The position numbers were made by a program, and so were the translations under genes. 63,085 nucleotides of DNA from assembly GCA_964552375.1 (NCBI GenBank), contig CAZKFX010000002.1, positions 1-63,085 on the forward strand. The letters run 5' to 3'. The notes beneath the pieces were generated by a model that worked only from the letters and a program-made list of their open reading frames with translations, was not told where the DNA came from and ran no database searches. Below are positions 17,638-26,019 of the stretch, in pieces (the first letter of the stretch is position 1; every line of letters begins with the position of its first letter). Source of the stretch: an uncultured Candidatus Saccharibacteria bacterium. Its GTDB lineage: Bacteria > Patescibacteriota > Minisyncoccia > Minisyncoccales > CAZJYT01.

Positions 17638-19077
17638 TTAATAAGCTTTAGCAAACAACCACTTTCTTTTGGCTTTTTTTTGACAAAGCACACATTTTCC
17701 ATTTTTCAAAGGTTCGTTTAAAGGTAAAACTCTCGTTGTAGCTTTAGTTTTTTCTTTTATTTTTATTTCACATTCTGGCCTTTCACACCAAAATGCTTTA
17801 ACAAATCCCTTTTTTTCATTTATTATTTCTTTAAATTCCGAAAAATTGGAAACTTCAAAAATATGATTTTTAAGAAAATTTTCACTTTTTAAAAAGAGGT
17901 CTCTTTGAATAAATTTTAAAATTTCTTTTATCTTTTTCAAAACAGAATTCATTGGAATTGAAATTTTTTCAAAATTATCTCTTCTTACTAAAGTTAGTTT
18001 TCCTTCTTTTAACTCTTTTTCTCCTAATTCCACTCTCAGGGGTACCCCTTTTAATTCCCATTCGTTAAATTTCCAACCTATAGAATATTCTTTTCTTAAA
18101 TCTATTTTTACTCTTAAATTTTTTAATTTGTGTTTAATCTCTCTAGCTTTTTTTATTAAATTTTCATTGTTTTCTTTCTTAAATATTGGCAAAATTACAA
18201 CTTGAATTGGAGCTAAATGAGGAGGCAAAATCAAACCTTGGTCATCTCCATGAACCATAATTAAAGCCCCAATACTTCTTGTAGATAACCCAAAGCAAGA
18301 CTGGAAAGGCATTTTCTTTTTTCCATCTTTATCAATAAAATTAATATTAAAAGCTTTAGCAAAGTTTTGACCTAAATTATGAGAAGTGCATCCTTGAAGA
18401 GCTTTTCCATCTGGCATTAACATTTCATAAGTGAATGTTTCTTTAGCTCCAGGAAATTTTTCTAACTCCGATTTTTTCCCAAAAACCCCAGCAATAGAAA
18501 AAAAATCTTGATATAATTTAATGTAAGTATTTAAAGCCCACTTTACTTGTTCAATATTTTCCTTTTCATTTATATGAACGGTGTGGGCTTCTTGCCATAA
18601 AAACTCAGTGGTTCTCAAAAATAATCTTGGTCTCATCTCCCATCTTATCACATTGCACCATTGATTAATTTTTAAAGGTAAATCACGCCAAGACTTTATC
18701 CATTTTGAAAACATTTCATAAATTATCGTCTCTGATGTAGGTCTTACCACTAATTTTTCTTTTAGTTTTTTTCCTCCACCAGTAGTAACAACTGCTAATT
18801 GAGGCGAAAATCCCTCAACGTGTTCTTTTTCTTTTTTTAAAAATCTTTCTGGAATAAAAAGTGGAAAATAAACATTTTCAATACCTGCTTTTTTAAATTC
18901 ATCATCCAAAATTTTTTGAATTCTTTCCCAAATGGCATATCCATAAGGTCTCAAAATCATGCATCCTCTTACTGGAGCGTAATCAGCTAATTTTGCTTTT
19001 AATATTACATCTTGATACCACTGAGAAAAATTCTCTGATTTTTTAGTAATTTCTTTTTTCTCAATTTTTTCTTTCAT
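17638..19077 (-). CDS. proS: Prolyl-tRNA synthetase (short archaeal/eukaryote-like type)
   Basis: FSQWYQDVILKAKLADYAPVRGCMILRPYGYAIWE, plus class II core blocks (FRTTEFLWQEAHT, GLSTRSIGALIMVHGDDQGL). It has no bacterial-type editing insertion and is 479 aa. Confidence 0.93.
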   Translation of the reverse strand: MKEKIEKKEITKKSENFSQWYQDVILKAKLADYAPVRGCMILRPYGYAIWERIQKILDDEFKKAGIENVYFPLFIPERFLKKEKEHVEGFSPQLAVVTTGGGKKLKEKLVVRPTSETIIYEMFSKWIKSWRDLPLKINQWCNVIRWEMRPRLFLRTTEFLWQEAHTVHINEKENIEQVKWALNTYIKLYQDFFSIAGVFGKKSELEKFPGAKETFTYEMLMPDGKALQGCTSHNLGQNFAKAFNINFIDKDGKKKMPFQSCFGLSTRSIGALIMVHGDDQGLILPPHLAPIQVVILPIFKKENNENLIKKAREIKHKLKNLRVKIDLRKEYSIGWKFNEWELKGVPLRVELGEKELKEGKLTLVRRDNFEKISIPMNSVLKKIKEILKFIQRDLFLKSENFLKNHIFEVSNFSEFKEIINEKKGFVKAFWCERPECEIKIKEKTKATTRVLPLNEPLKNGKCVLCQKKAKRKWLFAKAY

Positions 19078-19089
19078 AAAATTTTAAAA

Positions 19090-20223
19090 TTAATCAGGTT
19101 TAATAATTAGTTTTCCAAATTGAATAATGTCTTTGTAGGTAATCAAAACCATCAAAAAAATTAAAATCAAAAATCCAATCAAATTTATTTTTTGTTCTAT
19201 TTTGGGAGGAATTTCTTTTCCTAAAATAAACTCACTGGTAAGAAAAATTGCTTTTCCTCCATCTAAGGCGGGAAAAGGGAAAAAATTTATTAAAGCTAGT
19301 GTCAAAGAAATGATAGCTATTAAATTTAAAATAGCAAAAAACCCTTCTTTTAAAGTAAGCTTTGTTATAGCTAAAATTCCCACAGGCCCTACAATTCCTT
19401 TAGAGATAGGTTGTATACTCTTTTGTTGGAAAGATTTGGTTATTAAAAAAGAAAATCCATAAAAAGTAAAATCACTCAAATTTAAAGAATGTAAAAAACC
19501 ACTCAAAATTTTCTCTGGTAAAGATGGATAACTTATTTTTACAATCTCTTTCAATTTTACTCCAAGAGGTCCTTCTCCTTTTGGATATTCTTTTCTTGGA
19601 ATTATCTCAATAGTTTTTTCTTTGTCTTTTGAATCTTTTATAACCAAAAAAATTTTTTTTCCTTTATTTTGATAAACAAAATCTACAAAATCTTCAACTT
19701 TAGAAAATTTTCTTTGATTAGCTCTGACTATAATATCATTTGGTTTGAGGCCACTTTTTTGAGCAGGAGAGTTTTTGGCTACATCAAAAACAACTATTAA
19801 GTTTTCTTGCCTGCCAAAAGGAAAGTCATAATTAAAATCTGGCCAAACTCCCAATTTAACACTAAATCCAGAGTAAATTAACAAAAGATAAAATAAAAAA
19901 ACTGCCACTAAAAAATTAGCAATTACTCCGCCAGCAACGATTAACAATTTAACTTTAAGTGCTTTTGAATAAAAACTTTTAGGATCTTTTTTTTCTTCAA
20001 TAGTATTAGGGGTTTCTCCAAATAATTTTACAAAACCTCCTAAAGGAAAAATTCCTAAAGAATATATTGTTTCTCCTTTCTTTTTTTTCCAAATTGTTGG
20101 AGGAAATCCAATAGAAAATTCCTCTACCTTCACCCCAAATTTTTTGGCTAATAAAAAATGGCCAAGTTCATGCACCAAAATTAAAAAACCCAAAACAAAA
20201 ATAAAAATAAAAAAAGAAATCAT
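19090..20223 (-). CDS. rseP: Site-2 (M50) zinc metalloprotease RseP
   Basis: Signature blocks: HELGHFLLAKKFGV (HExxH), a central PDZ-like segment, and NFFPFPALDGGK (NxxPxxxLDGG). Confidence 0.88.
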   Translation of the reverse strand: MISFFIFIFVLGFLILVHELGHFLLAKKFGVKVEEFSIGFPPTIWKKKKGETIYSLGIFPLGGFVKLFGETPNTIEEKKDPKSFYSKALKVKLLIVAGGVIANFLVAVFLFYLLLIYSGFSVKLGVWPDFNYDFPFGRQENLIVVFDVAKNSPAQKSGLKPNDIIVRANQRKFSKVEDFVDFVYQNKGKKIFLVIKDSKDKEKTIEIIPRKEYPKGEGPLGVKLKEIVKISYPSLPEKILSGFLHSLNLSDFTFYGFSFLITKSFQQKSIQPISKGIVGPVGILAITKLTLKEGFFAILNLIAIISLTLALINFFPFPALDGGKAIFLTSEFILGKEIPPKIEQKINLIGFLILIFLMVLITYKDIIQFGKLIIKPD

Positions 20224-20226
20224 TTT

Positions 20227-20784
20227 TTATTCCATTATTTCTTTTTTCTTTTTCTCTACTAAATTTTTAATTTCTTCATTATATTCATCTATTATCTTTT
20301 GAAGTTCTTTTTTGGCTTTGAATTTTTCATCTTCAGAAATTATTCCTTCTCTTTGTAATCTTTGAATTTTAGACCAAGCCTCATCTCTCCATCTTCTAAT
20401 TGTCTTTGTCGCGTCTTCTTTTTTTTGAGAAACTAATTTTATTAATTCTTCTCTATATTCTTGGGTTAATGGAGGAAGAGAAATTCTAATTGTATTATTT
20501 TGAACTGAAATATTAAAGCCTCTTTTGACTTTTTCTAATGTCCTCACAATTGACTCTATATAAGATTTGTCCCAAGGCTGAATTAAAATCTGACGCCCTT
20601 TCTCAATTGAAATCGTTGCCAATTGCTTTAAAGGGAATTTTTGACCAAAACAATCTATCATTATATCTTCTACTATAGCAGGTGATGGTCTTGAGGTTCT
20701 AACTTTTGCTAATTCTCTTTTTAAAAAATCTACCGCTTTGTCTAATTCTGGTTTAATTTTTTCAAGAATTTCTTTATAACTCAT
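20227..20784 (-). CDS. frr: Ribosome recycling factor
   Basis: 185 aa. Signature blocks: LAKVRTSRPSPAIVEDIMIDCFGQKFPLKQLATIS and PPLTQEYREELIK. Confidence 0.95.
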   Translation of the reverse strand: MSYKEILEKIKPELDKAVDFLKRELAKVRTSRPSPAIVEDIMIDCFGQKFPLKQLATISIEKGRQILIQPWDKSYIESIVRTLEKVKRGFNISVQNNTIRISLPPLTQEYREELIKLVSQKKEDATKTIRRWRDEAWSKIQRLQREGIISEDEKFKAKKELQKIIDEYNEEIKNLVEKKKKEIME

Positions 20785-21647
20785 AGTTTTAACATTAAAT
20801 TTTCCAAAGCTAATTTTTTGTTAATATTAAAATTTGAGGTCAAAAAAAAGGTCTCTTGAATAAATTCTATTATATTTTTCAATCTTTTTAAAGAAAGATT
20901 TTTAAATTTTTCAGGTTCTCTCCCTTCTAATTTCTTTTTTAAAATATCTCTTAAATAAAATAACCAAATTTTCAAGATTTCATTACAATTTTCTGTTATT
21001 TCCTTAACATATTGAAATCTTTGATCCAAATTCTTTTCAAAAAGAGAAATTAAATCAAAAATGGTTTTTTTATAAAATTTGATTTTTTGAGGAGAAGAAA
21101 TTAAATCAAAAGCCACTCCGGGCCTTCCCGAACAAAACTCTGCTAATTTTTCAGCAGTTTCTTTCTGAAAACCTCTTTCTTTAAAAATTTTTTCAATTTC
21201 TTTTTGAGGTAAAGGAAAAAATTTAATTATCTGACATCTCGATAAAATTGTTGGCAAAAGTCTTGCTTCATTTTCTGTAATTAAAATGAAAACTGTCTTA
21301 CCTAAAGGTTCTTCTAAGGTCTTCAAAAAGCAATTTTGGGCTTGAAAGTTCATTAAATGTGCTCTGTCTATAATTACTCCTTTAAACGGTGCAAAACTCC
21401 TCTTTAGAGAAATTTTTGAAATTAATTCTTTTATTTGAGAAATTTTGATTTCTTCATTAATGGGCGACAAAAAAATGAAATCTGGATGATTTTTTAAAGG
21501 GCTTTTGAAAACATAAGATAAAAATTCTAAAGCTAAGGTTTTTTTTCCAATTTTTTCAGGTCCAGAAAACAAAAGAGCATGAGGCAATTTATTAATTTTG
21601 GCTGATTCCACTAAAAATCTCCATTGTTTTTGATGGCCAATTATCAT
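20781..21647 (-). CDS. holB: DNA polymerase III delta-prime subunit (clamp-loader AAA+)
   Basis: Signature blocks: HALLFSGPEKIGKKTLA, FLKTLEEP, TILSRCQIIKF. Its stop TGA overlaps the frr ATG. Confidence 0.8.
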   Translation of the reverse strand: MIIGHQKQWRFLVESAKINKLPHALLFSGPEKIGKKTLALEFLSYVFKSPLKNHPDFIFLSPINEEIKISQIKELISKISLKRSFAPFKGVIIDRAHLMNFQAQNCFLKTLEEPLGKTVFILITENEARLLPTILSRCQIIKFFPLPQKEIEKIFKERGFQKETAEKLAEFCSGRPGVAFDLISSPQKIKFYKKTIFDLISLFEKNLDQRFQYVKEITENCNEILKIWLFYLRDILKKKLEGREPEKFKNLSLKRLKNIIEFIQETFFLTSNFNINKKLALENLMLKL

Positions 21648-21681
21648 AATATTTTACATAATATTTTATCATAATATTTTA
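21645..21681. repeat. Three tandem copies of a 12-nt unit (CATAATATTTTA, one extra T between copies 2 and 3)
   Basis: Copies at 21645-21656, 21657-21668 and 21670-21681 are identical. Copy 1 contains the holB start codon (minus-strand ATG 21647-21645). Copy 3 contains the mreB stop codon (21681-21679). Confidence 0.85.
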
Positions 21682-22686
21682 TTTTTTTGCCACAAGACAT
21701 CTTTTATAAATTTCTAAATTTTCTAACATAGCTCCTGTTCCTCTGGCTACACAAAAAAGGGGATCTTTGGCTAATTTAAAAGGAATTCCAATTGATTGAG
21801 AAATTTTTTTAGGTAAATTTCTCAAAAGAGAACCTCCTCCAGCCAAAATTCCTCCTATATCCATAATGTCAGCTGATAATTCAGGAGGAGTATCTCTTAA
21901 TACTTGCTTTATTGCTAAAATAATTTCTTCTATTACCTCAGAAAGAGCAATAGCAATTTCATTAGAAGAAATCTGAATATTTCTTGGTAGCCCAGAAATT
22001 AAATCTCTTCCTTTAATTTCCATTTTCTTTTCTTCTTTTTCTGGTAAAGCGGTTCCAATTTCAATTTTTATTTTTTCTGCCATTTGCTCTCCAATAGCTA
22101 AATTATATTTTTTTCTTATATATTCTGCAATAGCAAAATCCATTTTATCTCCAGCAATTCTTACAGATTTCCAACTTACTATTCCACCTAAAGAAATTAC
22201 TGCTACTTCTGTTGTCCCTCCACCAATATCTACAATTAAATGCCCCAAAGAACTTTCTATTGGAAGACCAGCTCCAATAGCAGACAAAATGGGTTCTTTT
22301 GCCAAAAATACTTGTTTTGCACCAGCAGAAATTCCAGCCTCAATTACCGCTCTACTTTCTGTAGAAGTACAACCTGCTGGCACTCCAATTACTAAATCTG
22401 GTTTAAAAATCCTAAAATATCCTAAAATTTTTCTCAAAAAATATCTTATCATTGCTTGAGTTACTCTATAATCTGCAATTACTCCTTCCCTTAAAGGTCT
22501 ATACACTTTAATATTATCTGGCGTCTTTCCCATCATTTCTTTTGCTCTCTCACCTACTGCCAAAATTTTATTCTCAATTAAAGAAACCGCAACCACCGAG
22601 GGTTCTTTTAAAACCACTCCTCTTTTTGGAACAAAAACTGCACAATTGCAAGTTCCCAAATCTATACCAATTTTTTTTACTAACAT
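21679..22686 (-). CDS. mreB: Rod-shape-determining actin homolog MreB
   Basis: Signature blocks: IGIDLGTCNCAVF, VIGVPAGCTSTESRAV, VDIGGGTTEVAVISLGG, LAGGGSLLRNL. Confidence 0.95.
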   Translation of the reverse strand: MLVKKIGIDLGTCNCAVFVPKRGVVLKEPSVVAVSLIENKILAVGERAKEMMGKTPDNIKVYRPLREGVIADYRVTQAMIRYFLRKILGYFRIFKPDLVIGVPAGCTSTESRAVIEAGISAGAKQVFLAKEPILSAIGAGLPIESSLGHLIVDIGGGTTEVAVISLGGIVSWKSVRIAGDKMDFAIAEYIRKKYNLAIGEQMAEKIKIEIGTALPEKEEKKMEIKGRDLISGLPRNIQISSNEIAIALSEVIEEIILAIKQVLRDTPPELSADIMDIGGILAGGGSLLRNLPKKISQSIGIPFKLAKDPLFCVARGTGAMLENLEIYKRCLVAKK

Positions 22687-23942
22687 ATTCTCTCAATATT
22701 TGCTCCCAAATTTTTTAATTTTTCTTCAATTTTTTCATAACCTCGGTCAATCTGATGAATATTTTCAATAATTGTTTCTCCTTTGGCCTTTAATCCGGCT
22801 AAAATTAAAGAAGCTCCTGCCCTAATATCCCAAGATTCAATTTTGTTTCCTATTAAATTTGTCCTTCCAAAAACAAAGGCTCGATGGGGATCTACTATTT
22901 CAATATCAGCCCCCATTTTTCTTAATTCTTGAACAAAATTTAATCTGTTTTCATAAAGAGGATCATGAATTAAACTCTTTCCTTTTGCCTGAGTTAAAAG
23001 AGGAATCATAGGAGGGATTAAATCGGTAGGAAAACCAGGAAAAGGAAAGGCTTGAATTTTAGTTGCTCTTAAATAAGGTGAAGGATGTAAAATTAAACTA
23101 TTTTTTTTCATTTCCATTTTTACCCCAATCTCTTTTAATTTTTTTAAAAAAGAAGTCAAATGATCAAAAATCACATTTTTTACTTTTACCCTTCCCTGAG
23201 TAATAACTGCTCCAATAATAAAAGTTCCAGCTTCTAAAGGATCGGGAATAATTTTATGATAAGCTCCTTTTAACTTTTTTGTCCCTTCAATTTCAATCTC
23301 ATGAGTTCCCAATCCTTTTATTTTAGCCCCCATCTTTTTTAAAAAATTTCCTAAATCTTGAACCTGAGGCTCAGCTGCAGCCAATTTAATTTTGGTCTTT
23401 CCTTTTGCCAAAGTCCCTACCATCATCATATTTTCTGTGGCGGTAACTGAAAAATCTATTATTATTTCTTTACCTTGGATTTTTTCTTTTTTTCTTTTAA
23501 AAAAATAAAATTGATTATTTTGAGAAATTTCAGCTCCCATTTTTTTAAATCCCTCCAAATGAGAAGTTATTGGTCTCAGACCAATTCTATCTCCTCCAGG
23601 ATGTGAAAATTTAAAGCTTTTAAACCTCAAAAAAAGAGGAGCTAACAACAATACTGAAATTCTACTTTTCCCAATTTCTTCAAAATCTAAATTTTCAGGA
23701 AAAATATCTTTGTTGTTAATTTTAATTTTTCTTTTATCTAACCATTCAATTTTAGAACCAATTTTTCTTAAAATTTTGAGCAAACTCAAAATATCAGAAA
23801 CCAATGGTAAATTATCAATAATACAATCTTCATTTGTCAACAAAGTAGCAGCCAAAATGGCTCCTGCTGAATTCTTTGATCCTCCAATTTCTACCTCTCC
23901 ATTTAATTTTTTTCCTCCTTTAATAACAAATTTTTCTTTCAT
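22680..23942 (-). CDS. murA: UDP-N-acetylglucosamine 1-carboxyvinyltransferase (Asp in place of the fosfomycin-target Cys)
   Basis: Signature blocks: IKGGKKLNGEVEIGGSKNSAGAILAA, HPGGDRIGLRPI, FPGFPTDL, DIRAGASLILAGL. 420 aa. Confidence 0.95.
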   Translation of the reverse strand: MKEKFVIKGGKKLNGEVEIGGSKNSAGAILAATLLTNEDCIIDNLPLVSDILSLLKILRKIGSKIEWLDKRKIKINNKDIFPENLDFEEIGKSRISVLLLAPLFLRFKSFKFSHPGGDRIGLRPITSHLEGFKKMGAEISQNNQFYFFKRKKEKIQGKEIIIDFSVTATENMMMVGTLAKGKTKIKLAAAEPQVQDLGNFLKKMGAKIKGLGTHEIEIEGTKKLKGAYHKIIPDPLEAGTFIIGAVITQGRVKVKNVIFDHLTSFLKKLKEIGVKMEMKKNSLILHPSPYLRATKIQAFPFPGFPTDLIPPMIPLLTQAKGKSLIHDPLYENRLNFVQELRKMGADIEIVDPHRAFVFGRTNLIGNKIESWDIRAGASLILAGLKAKGETIIENIHQIDRGYEKIEEKLKNLGANIERIC

Positions 23943-24023
23943 TTGTTTTTAGTTTAACAAAATTTATAAAATTTTACCAAATTTTTCTTTTTGCTTTATT
24001 ACAAATTTCAACAATTTTCTCTG

Positions 24024-25130
24024 CTACCTTTTCCCAAGTGAAATTTCTTCCAAATTGCCAGGCTTTTTTCTGGTTTTTTCTATCTCTTGGGGATTTTGAA
24101 TTAAATAAGAAATTACTGAACAGATAGAATTTACATTTTCAAACTCAATAAAAAATCTCCTTTTCTCTCTTAACATCTCTTTGGCATAAATAAAAGGAGT
24201 GGAAATTACGCAATTTCCGGTAGTGATAGCATTGGTTAAGGTGCCACTAGATACTTGCTCTTTGGTTTGGTAAGGAAGTAAAATTAAATCTGGAATTTTC
24301 AAATAATTTATAAGTTCTTTTAAAGGAAAGAGTTTTTTTACAAAAACTACATTTTCTTCCAAATTTAATTTTTTTATAAAAAGTTTGAATTCTTTTAAAT
24401 AATTTTTGGCAGGATGTAAAGGATGAGGGCCTCCTAAAAATATTAATTTTGCCTGAGGATAAAGAGGATGAATTTCAGAAAAAGCTTTTAAAGCCTCTTC
24501 ATAACCCTTATGAGGAGTGATAAATCCAAAAATTAAAATTACAATATTTTTTTCAAGTCCCAATCTCTTTTTAGCTTCAAAACAAGAAATTTTAGGAAAA
24601 GAAATACTTCCGTGAGGAATAATTTTTATTTTGGAAGAATTTTTACAAATTTTTTGAAGTCTTTTTTTTCCAATTTCACACATTACAACCATTTTTTTAA
24701 AAAACAAAGAAAGCTTTTTTAAAAGAGTTATTAATTCTTTCTTTTTTTTATCTAATTTTCCTTGGGGATTGGGTAGAGAATGCATTATTCCTATTGCAGG
24801 CTTTTTAATTGTCTTTAAAAAATGAATCAAATATTCCCCGTTTTTGCCACCATAAATGTTAAATTCATGATGAATTATTGCTAAATTAAAAGGAGATTTA
24901 TTAAAAAATTCTCCTGCTTTTTGATAATCTTTTAAATTTTCTTTTTGAACTTTCATTATTACCTCTCTTGGATATTTAAATTTTTGATTTGGAGGAACTA
25001 CCGCTATTACTTTCCATTTAATTTTGGGGTCAGCTTTTGAAATAGCTTTTGCCATTTCTTTGGCAAAACAAGCTATTCCACAGGGTTGAGGAGGAAAAGA
25101 GCAAAAATATAAAATATTGAGCTCTTTCAT
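24024..25130 (-). CDS. GT4-family (GT-B fold) glycosyltransferase with an apparent 3'-terminal frameshift
   Basis: GT-B / GT4-like layout: LYFCSFPPQPCGIACFAKE at the N-terminus, ILIFGFITPHKGYEEALKAF, LLPYQTKEQVSSGTLTNAITTGNCVISTP. The conserved C-terminal helix (AWQFGRNFTWEKVAEKIVEICNKAKRKIW*) is encoded in another frame down to 23974 (see findings). Confidence 0.8.
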   Translation of the reverse strand: MKELNILYFCSFPPQPCGIACFAKEMAKAISKADPKIKWKVIAVVPPNQKFKYPREVIMKVQKENLKDYQKAGEFFNKSPFNLAIIHHEFNIYGGKNGEYLIHFLKTIKKPAIGIMHSLPNPQGKLDKKKKELITLLKKLSLFFKKMVVMCEIGKKRLQKICKNSSKIKIIPHGSISFPKISCFEAKKRLGLEKNIVILIFGFITPHKGYEEALKAFSEIHPLYPQAKLIFLGGPHPLHPAKNYLKEFKLFIKKLNLEENVVFVKKLFPLKELINYLKIPDLILLPYQTKEQVSSGTLTNAITTGNCVISTPFIYAKEMLREKRRFFIEFENVNSICSVISYLIQNPQEIEKTRKKPGNLEEISLGKR

Positions 25131-25179
25131 ATCTTGGTTTAAAGAGAAATTTAATATTATAACACATTATTTTCTTTAA

Positions 25180-26019
25180 TTAAAAATCAGAAAGAGTTTT
25201 TTGAACTCTCTTTGGGTAGATTTTTTCAAGATCTTTTGCGTTTTCTTTTGGAATAACTCCTTGGTTTTCTTTTAAAATTTTTACAATTTTTTCTACTCTT
25301 TGTAAAAAAGCTGAAATTTCTCTTTGGTCCAAAAGCTCTTCTTTTTCTATGATTTTCTTAAACTCGTCTTTTCTTTCTGAAAGAAAATCTTCTAAATCTT
25401 TTAATAATTCTGGAGGAAGTTTTTTGTCTAATATTTCAGGATTTATTTCCAAAGGTCTTTCAAAAAAACTCTCTTCATTATCAATGGCATATATTTGAGA
25501 TTTGTTTTCATCAATCAAAATATTTCCTCTTCTATCTTTGTGAGCAATAATGTAATCAAGAACCCAAAGATAAAACAATTGATTTTCTATATTATTTGGA
25601 ATTTTTCCTTTAAATTTTTCTTTTGAAAAAACTTGAGCTTCAGGAATCCACAATTGAAAAGAACCTTTTTCTTTTATTGTTTCTTCAACTCCTGAAATTT
25701 TAATTTTTATTTCCATTTCTCTAATCTCTGTAGGAGGAACCAAAGACAACTGAGGAAATAAAAATTTGCTTAAAAGATAAACCGCTTTTTCTTTTCTGTT
25801 AAGTTCACCTCTACCTGGTTTAAAAATTCCAGAAATTCCAGAGTCTAAATTTACTAAAAAAACATTAAAAGGCTTACCTAATACTTTTTCTGATTTAATT
25901 AAGAAAGCTTCTTTTGGATTTTCAGTTTCTAATTTTTTTAAAATTTCTCTTTCTTTCTCATTTATTGGCAATTCAATTTCTTTTTTTAAAATTTTTTCTC
26001 TTGATTCTCTCATTTTCAA
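25180..26019 (-). CDS. Type II phosphatidylinositol-4-kinase-like (PI3/PI4-kinase superfamily) protein
   Basis: Blocks align with the human PI4K2A sequence as I remember it. [13 protein letters not shown] matches [22 protein letters not shown] matches [20 protein letters not shown] matches [31 protein letters not shown] matches [30 protein letters not shown] matches VAAIDNGLAF. Its start overlaps the upstream stop (26016-26019). Confidence 0.6.
   Translation of the reverse strand: [279 protein letters not shown]

Noticed and set aside
20781-20784. Alternative genetic code (UGA reassigned, as in Gracilibacteria/Absconditabacteria or Mollicutes)
   Set aside because: TGA functions as a stop, for example at the end of holB in the ATGA overlap with frr. 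All housekeeping genes are full length under the standard code.
25156-25185. Full sigma-70 promoter for the GT4 gene
   Set aside because: Only the extended -10 element (TGTTATAAT on the minus strand) is convincing, and no acceptable -35 hexamer lies at 16-18 nt. It is mentioned as context but not listed as a feature.
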